Shown here one piece after another: positions 23,936-33,874 of a stretch of 64,000 nucleotides of DNA. Below the pieces are notes generated by a model. That model worked only from the letters and a program-made list of their open reading frames with translations, was not told the DNA's origin and ran no database searches. Position numbers and translations under genes: made by a program. The stretch spans positions 576,001 to 640,000 of the forward strand of contig BK006947.3 in the NCBI GenBank assembly GCA_000146045.2, given 5' to 3'. The stretch is from TPA_inf: Saccharomyces. Taxonomy: Eukaryota. Positions within the stretch are counted from its first letter, which is position 1; each line of letters starts with the position of its first letter.

Positions 23936-25774
23936 TCACTGATGTACAAAAGTTGAGAGCCATTTTCGTAACCAGCTTTTTGTCCCACGCTCAGAAGGAT
24001 GCATTGGTACGGTCACTTCGATATTCCTTCTTTGTGAGTGGAGCCAGAGCTTTTTATTAGTTTTTAGTTCAGTTGCTGTGCGAGACTCACGAACAAGTAG
24101 CAGCCGGCATGGTTTAGATGGTTCTGGCACGGTAAGCTGAGGAGCGCTATTATTATTGCGGGTACTACAGTCATTAGAAGATGGAATGGATTCCTTGCAT
24201 ATGTCTATCAGTGCCTGAAACGCCCTCTCAATGAGGGAGGTGTCAGGACTCAAAATTAAGGATTGTTCGGCGGGATGCGGTAAGCCTTCGTATACTAGGT
24301 TGTTGGACGGAAAAATCTGATACGGCTTGATCTGAATGTTAGGATCGACCTTACTGTCTAAAGTATCGAGAGTGATGTTTCCTTTTCGGTTTAAAGACTT
24401 CTTCTCGCCGACATCGAGAGAAAAATGAATGTGATCAAGAACCAGATCTATTTCTCTTTGTGTGTTTTTCCAGGGACAAGAAATGGAGTAGGGCTCAATC
24501 CTCTGGAAACCTTCGTATTTGTATTGGTATGAATAAAAACGGCACTCTGCTTCCTCCATAAGTTGGTCGTAGCTGGGCATTGTATCGAAGTTGAAGGGTC
24601 TCTTCCAGAATGGAATACTTTTATTTGAAGGGTTGTAGTACCTTCTGGGCTCAGATTGTTCGTCTAAAAGCAGGTATTGAACAGCTATCATCTTGCGCTC
24701 AAATTTAAATTCGAGGGAATCGTAGTCAATGTTCTTTGTACTTCTCAGAAAGAGTGGACAGTATTTTCCCATTTTGCTTTCAAACCAGTTCTGTGGCCTG
24801 TCAAGGTACTGTTGCATGTATGAAGGAACTACAGTAGTCAACGTGTGGTTAGACTGGGAAAATTCCGCTGTGGACACGACGCTGCAGCTTATATTTTGAT
24901 TGCAGGGAGCAGGAGCGCAGGCATCTTGTTTAGATTTTCGGCTTGGATAATGTTTGTGGTGATCAGTGGAATTTGTTGGGCAGTAAATTTCAGTTGGAAT
25001 GATAGATTCATTCGTCTCTTTTGTTCTGGAGTCCTTGGTGCGGCGGAAATCAAAGCAAGTCACTTCTGCGTTAAGCGATGCGAAATTGCCGTCTGGAAAT
25101 GACGATATGTGTGGAGAATGAGGAGGATTCCATGACGAATAAACTGATGAGGATGTGCTAACAGATGAGGTTAGTGAGGGTACCGATTCGTTGTTTTCTG
25201 ATGCAGAGTCTGTTGTGGGAGATGTGGTAGCGTTATTTCTTTGCACAAGAGAAGATGGGAGCATAGCACGGTTGTGGGAGGAGGAAGAAAACATCACGTT
25301 GCAAGTATCGTTTACGGAGTGGGATAAGAGGTAGGAGGTTGTCATAGCGGTGCTTTCTTCCTGATGCATGGCAGAAGAAGTTGGCAGTAATTCGTTTATT
25401 ATGGTGACATTGTCGTGATTAGAAAGGACTGTCTCTTTTACCATTGCCTCGGGTATGTTTTTTGGCGCCTGCCTTGAACTTACTCCAGAACAAGCCTCAG
25501 CAGAAGAATGACCGGAATGATTCCTCTTATACACGTTCCAGAGTGGAGCATTCTTGACATCATAAAAAAAGTTGCTGACAGGATCTTTGGACTGGTTGAC
25601 GTTAAGTGGTTCCGTAGCTGGTCTGATGTTTTCTTGTACGGTATCACTGACGGCTGAGAAACCTTCAGAGGAACCGTTTTCGGGAACAGACTTGGAGGAT
25701 TGCAAATTAAGCCATTGAAAGTCTAGCCCAACCTTGTTGCAGAAGGCCTTGAACTCCTGGAAAGATGTAGACAT
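23936..25774 (-). CDS. Uncharacterised Ser-rich protein, 612 aa
   Basis: Corresponds to YNL018C (MSTSFQEFKAFCNKVGLDFQWLNLQ...). The track ORF starts at TTG 25792; first ATG is at 25774. Confidence 0.7.
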   Translation of the reverse strand: MSTSFQEFKAFCNKVGLDFQWLNLQSSKSVPENGSSEGFSAVSDTVQENIRPATEPLNVNQSKDPVSNFFYDVKNAPLWNVYKRNHSGHSSAEACSGVSSRQAPKNIPEAMVKETVLSNHDNVTIINELLPTSSAMHQEESTAMTTSYLLSHSVNDTCNVMFSSSSHNRAMLPSSLVQRNNATTSPTTDSASENNESVPSLTSSVSTSSSVYSSWNPPHSPHISSFPDGNFASLNAEVTCFDFRRTKDSRTKETNESIIPTEIYCPTNSTDHHKHYPSRKSKQDACAPAPCNQNISCSVVSTAEFSQSNHTLTTVVPSYMQQYLDRPQNWFESKMGKYCPLFLRSTKNIDYDSLEFKFERKMIAVQYLLLDEQSEPRRYYNPSNKSIPFWKRPFNFDTMPSYDQLMEEAECRFYSYQYKYEGFQRIEPYSISCPWKNTQREIDLVLDHIHFSLDVGEKKSLNRKGNITLDTLDSKVDPNIQIKPYQIFPSNNLVYEGLPHPAEQSLILSPDTSLIERAFQALIDICKESIPSSNDCSTRNNNSAPQLTVPEPSKPCRLLLVRESRTATELKTNKKLWLHSQRRNIEVTVPMHPSERGTKSWLRKWLSTFVHQ

Positions 25775-26311
25775 TATGTGGGCGAAAAACAAAATTAGAC
25801 CAACGCTTTAGCAAATTTTTTCAACCTCAAATTGATATTTGAAGATTAGATCGGATGGTTTTTTTTCCTGTGGTGTAGGCCAAGCTTAAACAAGGTTTTA
25901 AGTGAAAGTGGAAATAATTGTGATAAACATGCGGAAAGAGTGCCAGCCTTAAATAATTCCGCATTGTTGCTATGTCGTTTTGTTTTTGTTTTTGTTTTCG
26001 TCTTATTGGTATTTGTTCATTTTACGACCACAAAGGATCCAGGGCTTCTACTTGCACAGGGAGGGTTGCTTGGTTAATACAATGCAAAGGTCAGAGATAT
26101 TAAGATTTGTGAAGGGTGCATTCAATGAGTTTTTCCTTTAATGTGCCCTAGAAAGGAAGTAGTACGAACATTTCTCAGTCGGAGTTTGCCGGAAATTCGA
26201 ATGACAGTGTAAGTTGATTTTTGTGGCACAGAGATAATGAGCGGTGGTTCTGGCACACATTTGTGACGTTGGTTTGATAGTGTGGAGGGAGGGTGAAAAA
26301 CAGATAACAAT

Positions 26312-26385
26312 GGTCTCTTGGCCCAGTTGGTTAAGGCACCGTGCTAATAACGCGGGGATCAGCGGTTCGATCCCGCTAGAGACCA
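26312..26385 (+). tRNA. tI(AAU)N1: tRNA-Ile, anticodon AAU (74 nt, no intron)
   Basis: GGTCTCTTGGCCCAGTTGGTTAAGGCACCGTGCTAATAACGCGGGGATCAGCGGTTCGATCCCGCTAGAGACCA. Cloverleaf with anticodon loop CUAAUAA, A/B-box promoter elements, followed by a ttcttttttt Pol III terminator. Confidence 0.95.
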
Positions 26386-26906
26386 TTCTTTTTTTACATT
26401 TCTCGCAATGTGATTTATTTTGCTTACCCTTCCCACTGCCGTTACAAGGGAGGTGAACGAAGAGGCTTGTTAGCATAAGGTTTACGCGTTGCGGTTGTAA
26501 GCACAATGTTCTTACTAAACCTCTGAAGATTAATTATCCTAACGTATACTAATTAATTCAAAGAGAATATTTACTCGTTCTCTTTTCATCATTTTGTAAC
26601 ATAATTCTTTACGTATTTTCACTTCGTACTTTTTTCAACTTTTTTTGCCTTCGCTTCTTTTTTGTTGTAATTTTTCAATTTTTTTTTTTCATCGTTGGCC
26701 GTCTTTCCTTGTCCTTCATTTTCCTCTCGTAATAATCATTCAACTACGGTAAAGCATGCCTTTCCTTTTTTCTACTCTGCAGTTATTTTCATAATATCTA
26801 CTGTTTCCATTTCGTGCTTTAAGTTAGAGTTTAATCTTCCCTTCTATCATCTTAATAGCAGGTTCATAATAAGAAGATTACCACATCTACTCTTTGTTCG
26901 ATTCCA

Positions 26907-28268
26907 ATGTCTGAAAATAACGAAGAACAACATCAACAACAACAACAACAGCAACCTGTTGCCGTCGAAACTCCCTCGGCAGTTGAAGCTCCAGCATCAG
27001 CAGATCCTTCTTCTGAACAGAGCGTCGCTGTCGAAGGCAATTCTGAACAAGCTGAAGACAATCAGGGTGAAAATGATCCTTCCGTAGTTCCTGCTAATGC
27101 TATTACCGGTGGTAGGGAAACTTCCGATAGAGTTTTATATGTTGGTAACCTAGACAAAGCTATCACCGAAGACATTTTAAAGCAATATTTCCAAGTTGGC
27201 GGACCAATTGCTAACATCAAAATCATGATCGATAAGAATAATAAGAACGTCAATTACGCTTTTGTTGAATACCATCAATCTCACGATGCCAATATTGCCT
27301 TACAAACATTGAACGGCAAACAAATTGAAAACAACATTGTCAAAATCAACTGGGCCTTCCAATCCCAACAGAGTTCCTCCGATGATACATTTAACTTGTT
27401 TGTCGGTGATTTGAATGTTAATGTTGATGACGAAACTTTAAGGAATGCCTTCAAAGACTTCCCATCCTACTTGAGTGGTCATGTTATGTGGGACATGCAA
27501 ACTGGTAGTTCAAGAGGTTACGGTTTTGTTTCCTTTACTTCTCAAGATGATGCACAAAATGCCATGGACAGCATGCAAGGTCAAGATTTGAATGGTAGAC
27601 CGCTAAGAATCAACTGGGCTGCTAAGCGTGATAACAATAACAATAATAATTATCAACAGCGTCGTAACTACGGTAACAACAACCGTGGTGGTTTCCGTCA
27701 ATATAACAGTAACAACAATAACAACATGAATATGGGGATGAATATGAACATGAATATGAATATGAACAACAGCAGGGGCATGCCACCAAGTTCAATGGGA
27801 ATGCCAATTGGCGCCATGCCATTACCATCTCAAGGCCAACCCCAACAATCCCAGACCATTGGTTTACCTCCTCAAGTAAATCCTCAAGCTGTTGACCACA
27901 TCATTAGAAGTGCCCCACCAAGAGTTACTACTGCCTATATCGGTAATATTCCGCACTTTGCCACTGAAGCTGATTTAATTCCGTTGTTCCAGAACTTCGG
28001 TTTTATTTTAGATTTCAAGCACTATCCAGAAAAGGGCTGTTGCTTCATAAAGTATGACACTCATGAACAGGCCGCTGTTTGTATTGTTGCCTTGGCAAAC
28101 TTCCCATTTCAAGGCAGAAACTTGAGAACCGGTTGGGGTAAGGAAAGATCAAATTTTATGCCACAGCAGCAGCAACAGGGCGGTCAGCCACTTATAATGA
28201 ATGACCAACAACAACCGGTTATGTCTGAGCAACAACAGCAACAGCAGCAACAGCAGCAACAACAATAA
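26907..28268 (+). CDS. PUB1: Poly(A)+/poly(U)-binding protein with three RRMs and a Q/N/M-rich prion-like C-terminus (TIA-1 homologue), 453 aa
   Basis: N-terminal polyQ (QHQQQQQQQ); RNP1/RNP2 motifs (LYVGNL, YAFVEY, GYGFVSF, CCFIKY); MNMGMNMNMNMNMN tract; C-terminal polyQ. Confidence 0.93.
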   Translation: MSENNEEQHQQQQQQQPVAVETPSAVEAPASADPSSEQSVAVEGNSEQAEDNQGENDPSVVPANAITGGRETSDRVLYVGNLDKAITEDILKQYFQVGGPIANIKIMIDKNNKNVNYAFVEYHQSHDANIALQTLNGKQIENNIVKINWAFQSQQSSSDDTFNLFVGDLNVNVDDETLRNAFKDFPSYLSGHVMWDMQTGSSRGYGFVSFTSQDDAQNAMDSMQGQDLNGRPLRINWAAKRDNNNNNNYQQRRNYGNNNRGGFRQYNSNNNNNMNMGMNMNMNMNMNNSRGMPPSSMGMPIGAMPLPSQGQPQQSQTIGLPPQVNPQAVDHIIRSAPPRVTTAYIGNIPHFATEADLIPLFQNFGFILDFKHYPEKGCCFIKYDTHEQAAVCIVALANFPFQGRNLRTGWGKERSNFMPQQQQQGGQPLIMNDQQQPVMSEQQQQQQQQQQQQ

Positions 28269-29383
28269 ATATTATGAAGAAAAGTGGAATGAAACAAAAA
28301 GAAAGAATAAAGAGAGGCAACCTACAAATCCCAAGATAAAATAAAAAAAGAACGACAAGAATCCATTCATTATATTATACTATTTTTAAAAAAAAAATTA
28401 CTACGAAAAAGGGAGAGAAAAAGAAGAAGAAACTCAATTTACTATTGCTCGAAAAATAAAAGGGCCTATAAACTTACTCTATTTTTTTAGTTTTTCTGTG
28501 TCTTATTTCCTTCCTTCGTCACTGTTTAATTTTTAATACTATTATTTTCCTTTAAAATGTGAAAGTCATTGCTAATAGTGTGATAAAAATAAAGAACGTA
28601 TTTTCTGAAGGCTTTCTTTATTATATTTCCTTTTTCCTTTCTTACCCTATTTTTTTTAAACATCCATCCCACTGTATTTTGTCGAGTCCATATATATAAT
28701 TTTTGTTTTTATTTTTTACAACTTTTGTTAAGTATATAAAAATGCTACCTAGCGTTATGGAGACATGTCAGTCTTGAGTCCAGGCACATAAAGGCAACAG
28801 CCACTACCACTGCGCACCCGTGACGCTGCTCCAACGTTCTCATTAAGTACGGAACTGTGTTTCGAACAAAAGAATGGCTGTTAAGACCAAAAAAAAGGCA
28901 GCTTAACAGGAACCCGGCTGGTTCCACAGGACTTTTCTTTCTTTAGGGAAAGGTTGTGAAAATGACAACCAAAAAGTCGCGACGCCAAATATCAAAAACC
29001 TAGATGATATTACTTCGTCTGCCAAACACCTCCTTTCCCTCTATCCAGCCCTTATTTTTTTTCCAAGAGCTTCATATGCACGCCCGAATCATTTCGAATC
29101 GCGTACGTGGCAGGTTGTGGCTGGCATCTTTCCCAAAAGGAAACGGACCAATACCACGCATCCCCGAGCTCTTGGTCTTTCTTTATCTTGCATAGCCCAA
29201 AAAATAAAATGGGGCGGGAAAAAGGGGGCATATCAGAGCATCGGGAACTTCTTTCAATGCAATATATATGGCACATATAAAAAATTCTGGCTTCATTATG
29301 TTAGGTGCAGAGATTCCGTTTAGACCAATTGAACGGTAACCAGAAGGTAATCTTAAATATACAAACAAAAAACAAGGTCCATA

Positions 29384-29611
29384 ATGACAAAGAATTTCAT
29401 CGTCACTTTGAAAAAGAACACTCCAGATGTGGAAGCTAAGAAGTTCTTGGATTCAGTTCATCACGCAGGTGGCTCTATTGTACACGAATTCGACATCATT
29501 AAAGGGTACACCATCAAGGTACCAGATGTTCTCCACTTGAACAAGTTGAAGGAAAAGCACAATGATGTCATCGAGAACGTCGAAGAAGACAAAGAAGTTC
29601 ATACAAATTGA
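29384..29611 (+). CDS. PBI2: Cytosolic inhibitor of vacuolar proteinase B, 75 aa
   Basis: MTKNFIVTLKKNTPDVEAKKFLDSVHHAGGSIVHEFDIIKGYTIKVPDVLHLNKLKEKHNDVIENVEEDKEVHTN is the I9 (propeptide-like) inhibitor Pbi2. Confidence 0.92.
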   Translation: MTKNFIVTLKKNTPDVEAKKFLDSVHHAGGSIVHEFDIIKGYTIKVPDVLHLNKLKEKHNDVIENVEEDKEVHTN

Positions 29612-29718
29612 TTCCTGAGATAAACGCAAACACTTTTTTACTCGGAAATTTTCTCTCCCCGATTGTAAATTTATTTCTCGTCTACTATAATAATTCACCA
29701 AAAAACAGCAGAGCACGT

Positions 29719-29720
<2 letters not shown>

Positions 29721-29758
<38 letters not shown>

Positions 29759-29765
29759 TATATAC
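29721..29765. repeat. (TA)n dinucleotide microsatellite in the PBI2 3' flank
   Basis: tatatatata... about 16 uninterrupted TA units, then CA-interrupted units. Confidence 0.9.
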
Positions 29766-30318
29766 GAATATATTTATGACAGTCTAAATCGTTGCTCCTG
29801 TTCAATTTTAACGCTCTTTTATAACTGCTGTGGCGCCATTTCTTTGGCATCTAAGATGTGTCTCGGGACTTTCTTTTTCTGGTCATCTTGCTTTCCTTGC
29901 CTTGTCATTAACAGAGCTAAACTGTGTTGAGGAAGTGGTCTTTTAAATTTTCAAGGTCGCGGCCCGTGCATTGCGCGGCTGGATGTCTTTTAGGGGAGCG
30001 ATGCGCTTGCACAAAAGAATAGCCTTGATTTCCGCTATTAATGGGTATATTCTTCTAACAATTTGAGTTTTTTCTCCACTTGTTTCTTTCTTCTTTCTCT
30101 TTTCCATTCACATTTTGCTTTACTTTTCTGGATAATATATATGTGCATATATATATATCCATTTAAATATATATATATATATATCTTTTGTCCTCCTCTC
30201 CAGTTACTTTTGCGCCAGAAATTCCTTCTTCTTTTCAATCTAATAGAGAAGGGTAGATAGTGTGGTGCAAAAAAAGAGCCTTTTAAACCAAAAATAAATA
30301 AAAAAAAGGAATCACAAA

Positions 30319-33300
30319 ATGTCAGATTCACAACAATCAATCACCGTTCTAGAAGAGCTTTTCCGAAAGTTGGAAACTGCTACTTCAGAAACAAGAGAGG
30401 GTATTTCTTCGGAGCTTTCCTCATTTTTAAACGGGAACATCATCGAGCATGACGTTCCCGAAGTTTTTTTTGATGAATTTCAAAAAGCTATCCAGAGTAA
30501 ACAAAAGGCGCTCAACACGCTGGGTGCGGTGGCTTACATAGCAAATGAAACTAATCTATCACCTTCTGTTGAACCGTACATAGTTGCGACGGTCCCTTCT
30601 GTATGCAGTAAAGCTGGTAGTAAAGATAATGATGTTCAACTTGCGGCAACAAAGGCCCTCAAAGCCATCGCTAGTGCTGTTAACCCGGTTGCCGTTAAAG
30701 CACTCTTACCTCATTTGATTCATTCGCTGGAAACTAGCAACAAGTGGAAAGAGAAGGTTGCTGTTCTCGAAGTAATCTCTGTATTGGTAGATGCCGCTAA
30801 AGAACAGATTGCCTTAAGAATGCCGGAACTAATTCCCGTTCTTTCGGAATCCATGTGGGACACTAAGAAAGGAGTTAAGGAGGCGGCAACGACAACCATC
30901 ACAAAGGCAACTGAAACTGTTGATAATAAGGATATTGAGAGATTTATTCCAAAATTAATCGAATGTATTGCAAATCCAAATGAGGTGCCTGAAACCGTTC
31001 ATCTCTTGGGTGCAACTACTTTTGTAGCCGAAGTAACTCCAGCGACTTTGTCTATTATGGTTCCTTTATTGAGCAGAGGTTTAGCCGAGAGAGAAACCTC
31101 TATAAAACGTAAAGCTGCGGTTATTATCGATAATATGTGTAAATTGGTTGAAGACCCGCAAGTTGTTGCTCCATTCTTAGGTAAACTACTACCAGGGCTA
31201 AAGAACAATTTTGCTACTATTGCTGATCCTGAAGCGCGTGAAGTTACATTAAAAGCTTTAAAAACCCTGAGACGTGTGGGTAATGTCGGGGAAGATGATG
31301 TGTTACCAGAAATATCGCATGCTGGTGATGTTTCCACAACACTGGGCGTCATCAAGGAATTACTGGAACCTGAAAAAGTGGCCCCAAGGTTCACCATTGT
31401 GGTTGAGTACATAGCCGCGATTGCCGCAAATCTAATTGATGAAAGGATCATTGATCAGCAAACGTGGTTTACACATGTTACACCTTATATGACTATATTT
31501 TTACATGAGAAAACTGCAAAGGAAATACTAGACGATTTCAGGAAAAGGGCAGTAGATAATATTCCAGTTGGACCGAATTTCCAAGACGAAGAGGATGAGG
31601 GTGAAGATTTGTGTAATTGTGAATTTTCCTTGGCATATGGTGCCAAAATATTACTAAACAAGACTCAATTGAGGTTGAAGCGAGGTAGGAGATATGGTCT
31701 ATGTGGTCCTAATGGTGCCGGAAAATCCACTCTAATGCGATCCATTGCTAATGGCCAAGTTGACGGGTTCCCCACTCAGGATGAATGTCGCACTGTTTAT
31801 GTGGAACACGATATCGATAATACACATTCGGACATGTCCGTTTTAGATTTTGTATATTCCGGCAATGTAGGAACTAAGGATGTTATTACCTCGAAATTAA
31901 AGGAGTTTGGGTTCAGCGATGAAATGATAGAAATGCCAATTGCATCCCTATCTGGAGGTTGGAAAATGAAATTAGCTTTGGCGAGGGCTGTTCTGAAGGA
32001 CGCTGACATTCTACTATTGGATGAACCAACAAATCATCTAGACACTGTTAATGTGGAGTGGCTGGTAAATTATTTGAATACTTGCGGAATTACATCGGTG
32101 ATTGTCTCTCATGATTCTGGTTTTCTGGATAAGGTTTGTCAATACATCATACATTATGAGGGTCTTAAATTAAGAAAGTACAAGGGTAATTTATCAGAAT
32201 TTGTTCAAAAATGTCCTACGGCACAATCATACTATGAATTAGGTGCCTCTGACCTTGAATTTCAATTCCCAACTCCTGGTTATCTAGAAGGTGTCAAAAC
32301 GAAGCAAAAGGCAATTGTTAAAGTAAGTAATATGACTTTTCAATATCCAGGGACAACTAAACCACAAGTCTCAGATGTTACTTTCCAGTGTTCTCTATCC
32401 TCAAGGATTGCAGTTATCGGACCTAATGGGGCTGGTAAGTCCACTTTAATTAATGTTCTTACTGGTGAACTGTTACCAACCAGCGGTGAAGTATATACAC
32501 ACGAGAATTGTCGTATAGCGTATATTAAGCAGCACGCTTTTGCACACATTGAATCGCACTTAGACAAAACTCCATCCGAATACATTCAATGGAGGTTCCA
32601 AACTGGTGAGGATAGGGAAACAATGGATAGAGCAAATAGGCAAATAAATGAAAATGACGCAGAGGCCATGAATAAAATATTTAAAATTGAAGGGACCCCA
32701 AGAAGGGTTGCAGGAATCCATTCAAGAAGGAAATTTAAAAACACGTATGAGTACGAATGTTCGTTTTTGTTAGGTGAGAACATTGGTATGAAATCTGAAA
32801 GATGGGTTCCAATGATGTCTGTCGACAATGCTTGGCTACCAAGGGGCGAATTGATTGAATCCCATTCTAAAATGGTTGCTGAAATTGATATGAAGGAAGC
32901 TTTGGCTTCTGGTCAATTCAGGGCTTTAACAAGAAAAGAGATTGAATTACATTGCGCCATGTTGGGGTTGGATTCAGAATTAGTCTCACATTCAAGAATT
33001 AGAGGTTTATCGGGTGGGCAAAAGGTTAAATTGGTACTCGCTGCCTGCACGTGGCAAAGACCCCATTTGATTGTTTTAGATGAACCTACGAATTACTTGG
33101 ACAGAGATTCATTGGGTGCTCTTTCAAAAGCATTAAAAGCTTTTGAAGGTGGTGTCATTATTATTACGCATTCGGCAGAATTTACTAAGAATCTGACTGA
33201 CGAAGTTTGGGCGGTTAAGGATGGGAAAATGACACCCTCTGGCCATAATTGGGTTGCAGGACAAGGTGCTGGCCCAAGAATTGAGAAAAAAGAAGAAGAG

Positions 33301-33453
33301 GGTGATAAATTTGATGCTATGGGTAACAAGATTAATAGTGGGAAGAAAAAAAGCAAACTCTCTTCTGCAGAATTGAGAAAGAAAAAGAAGGAGAGAATGA
33401 AGAAGAAAAAAGAGATGGGTGATGAATACGTTTCTTCTGATGAAGATTTTTAA
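30319..33453 (+). CDS. HEF3: Translation elongation factor 3 paralogue (HEAT repeats plus two ABC ATPase cassettes), 1044 aa
   Basis: Two Walker A motifs (GPNGAGKST twice), ABC signatures LSGGWKMK and LSGGQKVK, N-terminal HEAT array and a Lys-rich C-terminal tail. Position between PBI2 and SPO1 identifies it as HEF3 rather than YEF3. Confidence 0.92.
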   Translation: MSDSQQSITVLEELFRKLETATSETREGISSELSSFLNGNIIEHDVPEVFFDEFQKAIQSKQKALNTLGAVAYIANETNLSPSVEPYIVATVPSVCSKAGSKDNDVQLAATKALKAIASAVNPVAVKALLPHLIHSLETSNKWKEKVAVLEVISVLVDAAKEQIALRMPELIPVLSESMWDTKKGVKEAATTTITKATETVDNKDIERFIPKLIECIANPNEVPETVHLLGATTFVAEVTPATLSIMVPLLSRGLAERETSIKRKAAVIIDNMCKLVEDPQVVAPFLGKLLPGLKNNFATIADPEAREVTLKALKTLRRVGNVGEDDVLPEISHAGDVSTTLGVIKELLEPEKVAPRFTIVVEYIAAIAANLIDERIIDQQTWFTHVTPYMTIFLHEKTAKEILDDFRKRAVDNIPVGPNFQDEEDEGEDLCNCEFSLAYGAKILLNKTQLRLKRGRRYGLCGPNGAGKSTLMRSIANGQVDGFPTQDECRTVYVEHDIDNTHSDMSVLDFVYSGNVGTKDVITSKLKEFGFSDEMIEMPIASLSGGWKMKLALARAVLKDADILLLDEPTNHLDTVNVEWLVNYLNTCGITSVIVSHDSGFLDKVCQYIIHYEGLKLRKYKGNLSEFVQKCPTAQSYYELGASDLEFQFPTPGYLEGVKTKQKAIVKVSNMTFQYPGTTKPQVSDVTFQCSLSSRIAVIGPNGAGKSTLINVLTGELLPTSGEVYTHENCRIAYIKQHAFAHIESHLDKTPSEYIQWRFQTGEDRETMDRANRQINENDAEAMNKIFKIEGTPRRVAGIHSRRKFKNTYEYECSFLLGENIGMKSERWVPMMSVDNAWLPRGELIESHSKMVAEIDMKEALASGQFRALTRKEIELHCAMLGLDSELVSHSRIRGLSGGQKVKLVLAACTWQRPHLIVLDEPTNYLDRDSLGALSKALKAFEGGVIIITHSAEFTKNLTDEVWAVKDGKMTPSGHNWVAGQGAGPRIEKKEEEGDKFDAMGNKINSGKKKSKLSSAELRKKKKERMKKKKEMGDEYVSSDEDF

Positions 33454-33538
33454 TTTGAAGTCGAGTACATCTCTTTCAGTGAGTAACTTATATATTTTTG
33501 AAGTTAACATCCTTATTCTTTTTTTATATTTTTATTTT

Positions 33539-33549
33539 TTTTATGTTTA
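33539..33549. promoter_or_regulatory. Perfect 11-bp ARS consensus sequence match (TTTTATGTTTA) in the AT-rich HEF3/SPO1 intergenic; candidate replication origin core
   Basis: Matches WTTTAYRTTTW exactly within a T-rich easily-unwound region; not verified functionally. Confidence 0.25.
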
Positions 33550-33685
33550 TTTTCTATTACTGATTTTCACAAAGAAAGGTAAAAAAAAACATACTTCAGC
33601 GGCTATACAACCATATTTAAGTAAATGCACTCAGAGAAAGTATACAAGTAAAAAACCTAAGTAAAGACATAAATATCCCAAAATA

Positions 33686-33790
33686 ATGCAAAAACTCCTC
33701 TTTGTCTTTTCTGTGTTATTGACAGTAGTACTAGCAACAGCACCATTTCAGGTACAATGTCCTAGCTCTCCACTTATTAGGGAGGCCAAA
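33686..33790 (+). CDS. SPO1: SPO1 exon 1 (35 codons, signal peptide) of the meiosis-specific phospholipase B homologue
   Basis: ATG at 33686 encodes MQKLLFVFSVLLTVVLATAPFQVQCPSSPLIREAK and ends at a GTAAGT 5' splice site. Joining to exon 2 gives 631 aa, the known Spo1 length. Confidence 0.8.
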
Positions 33791-33874
33791 GTAAGTTAAA
33801 CTCTTTGCCACTTTAACAAATATGGGCCAAAACTAACCGAATATACCAAAACTTCGTATTCCTTTGTTTATTAG
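33791..33874 (+). other. SPO1: Spliceosomal intron of SPO1 (84 nt)
   Basis: 5'SS GTAAGT, branch AACTAAC at 33831-33837, 3'SS TAG at 33872-33874. Exon 2 continues in the frame of the tracked ORF. Confidence 0.8.

Noticed and set aside
26138-26506. 122-aa minus-strand ORF overlapping tRNA-Ile(AAU), and the plus-strand ORF 26244-26456
   Set aside because: Both run straight through a Pol III-transcribed tRNA gene and its terminator. This corresponds to the dubious ORF class (YNL017C); there is no supporting coding signal.
27622-27828. 68-aa minus-strand Cys/Tyr-rich ORF
   Set aside because: Antisense of the PUB1 (AAC/AAT/ATG)n low-complexity tract; a compositional artefact.
33133-33510. 125-aa minus-strand ORF overlapping the HEF3 3' end
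   Set aside because: Antisense to the conserved HEF3 C-terminus and extends into its AT-rich 3' UTR; a dubious YNL013C-type ORF.
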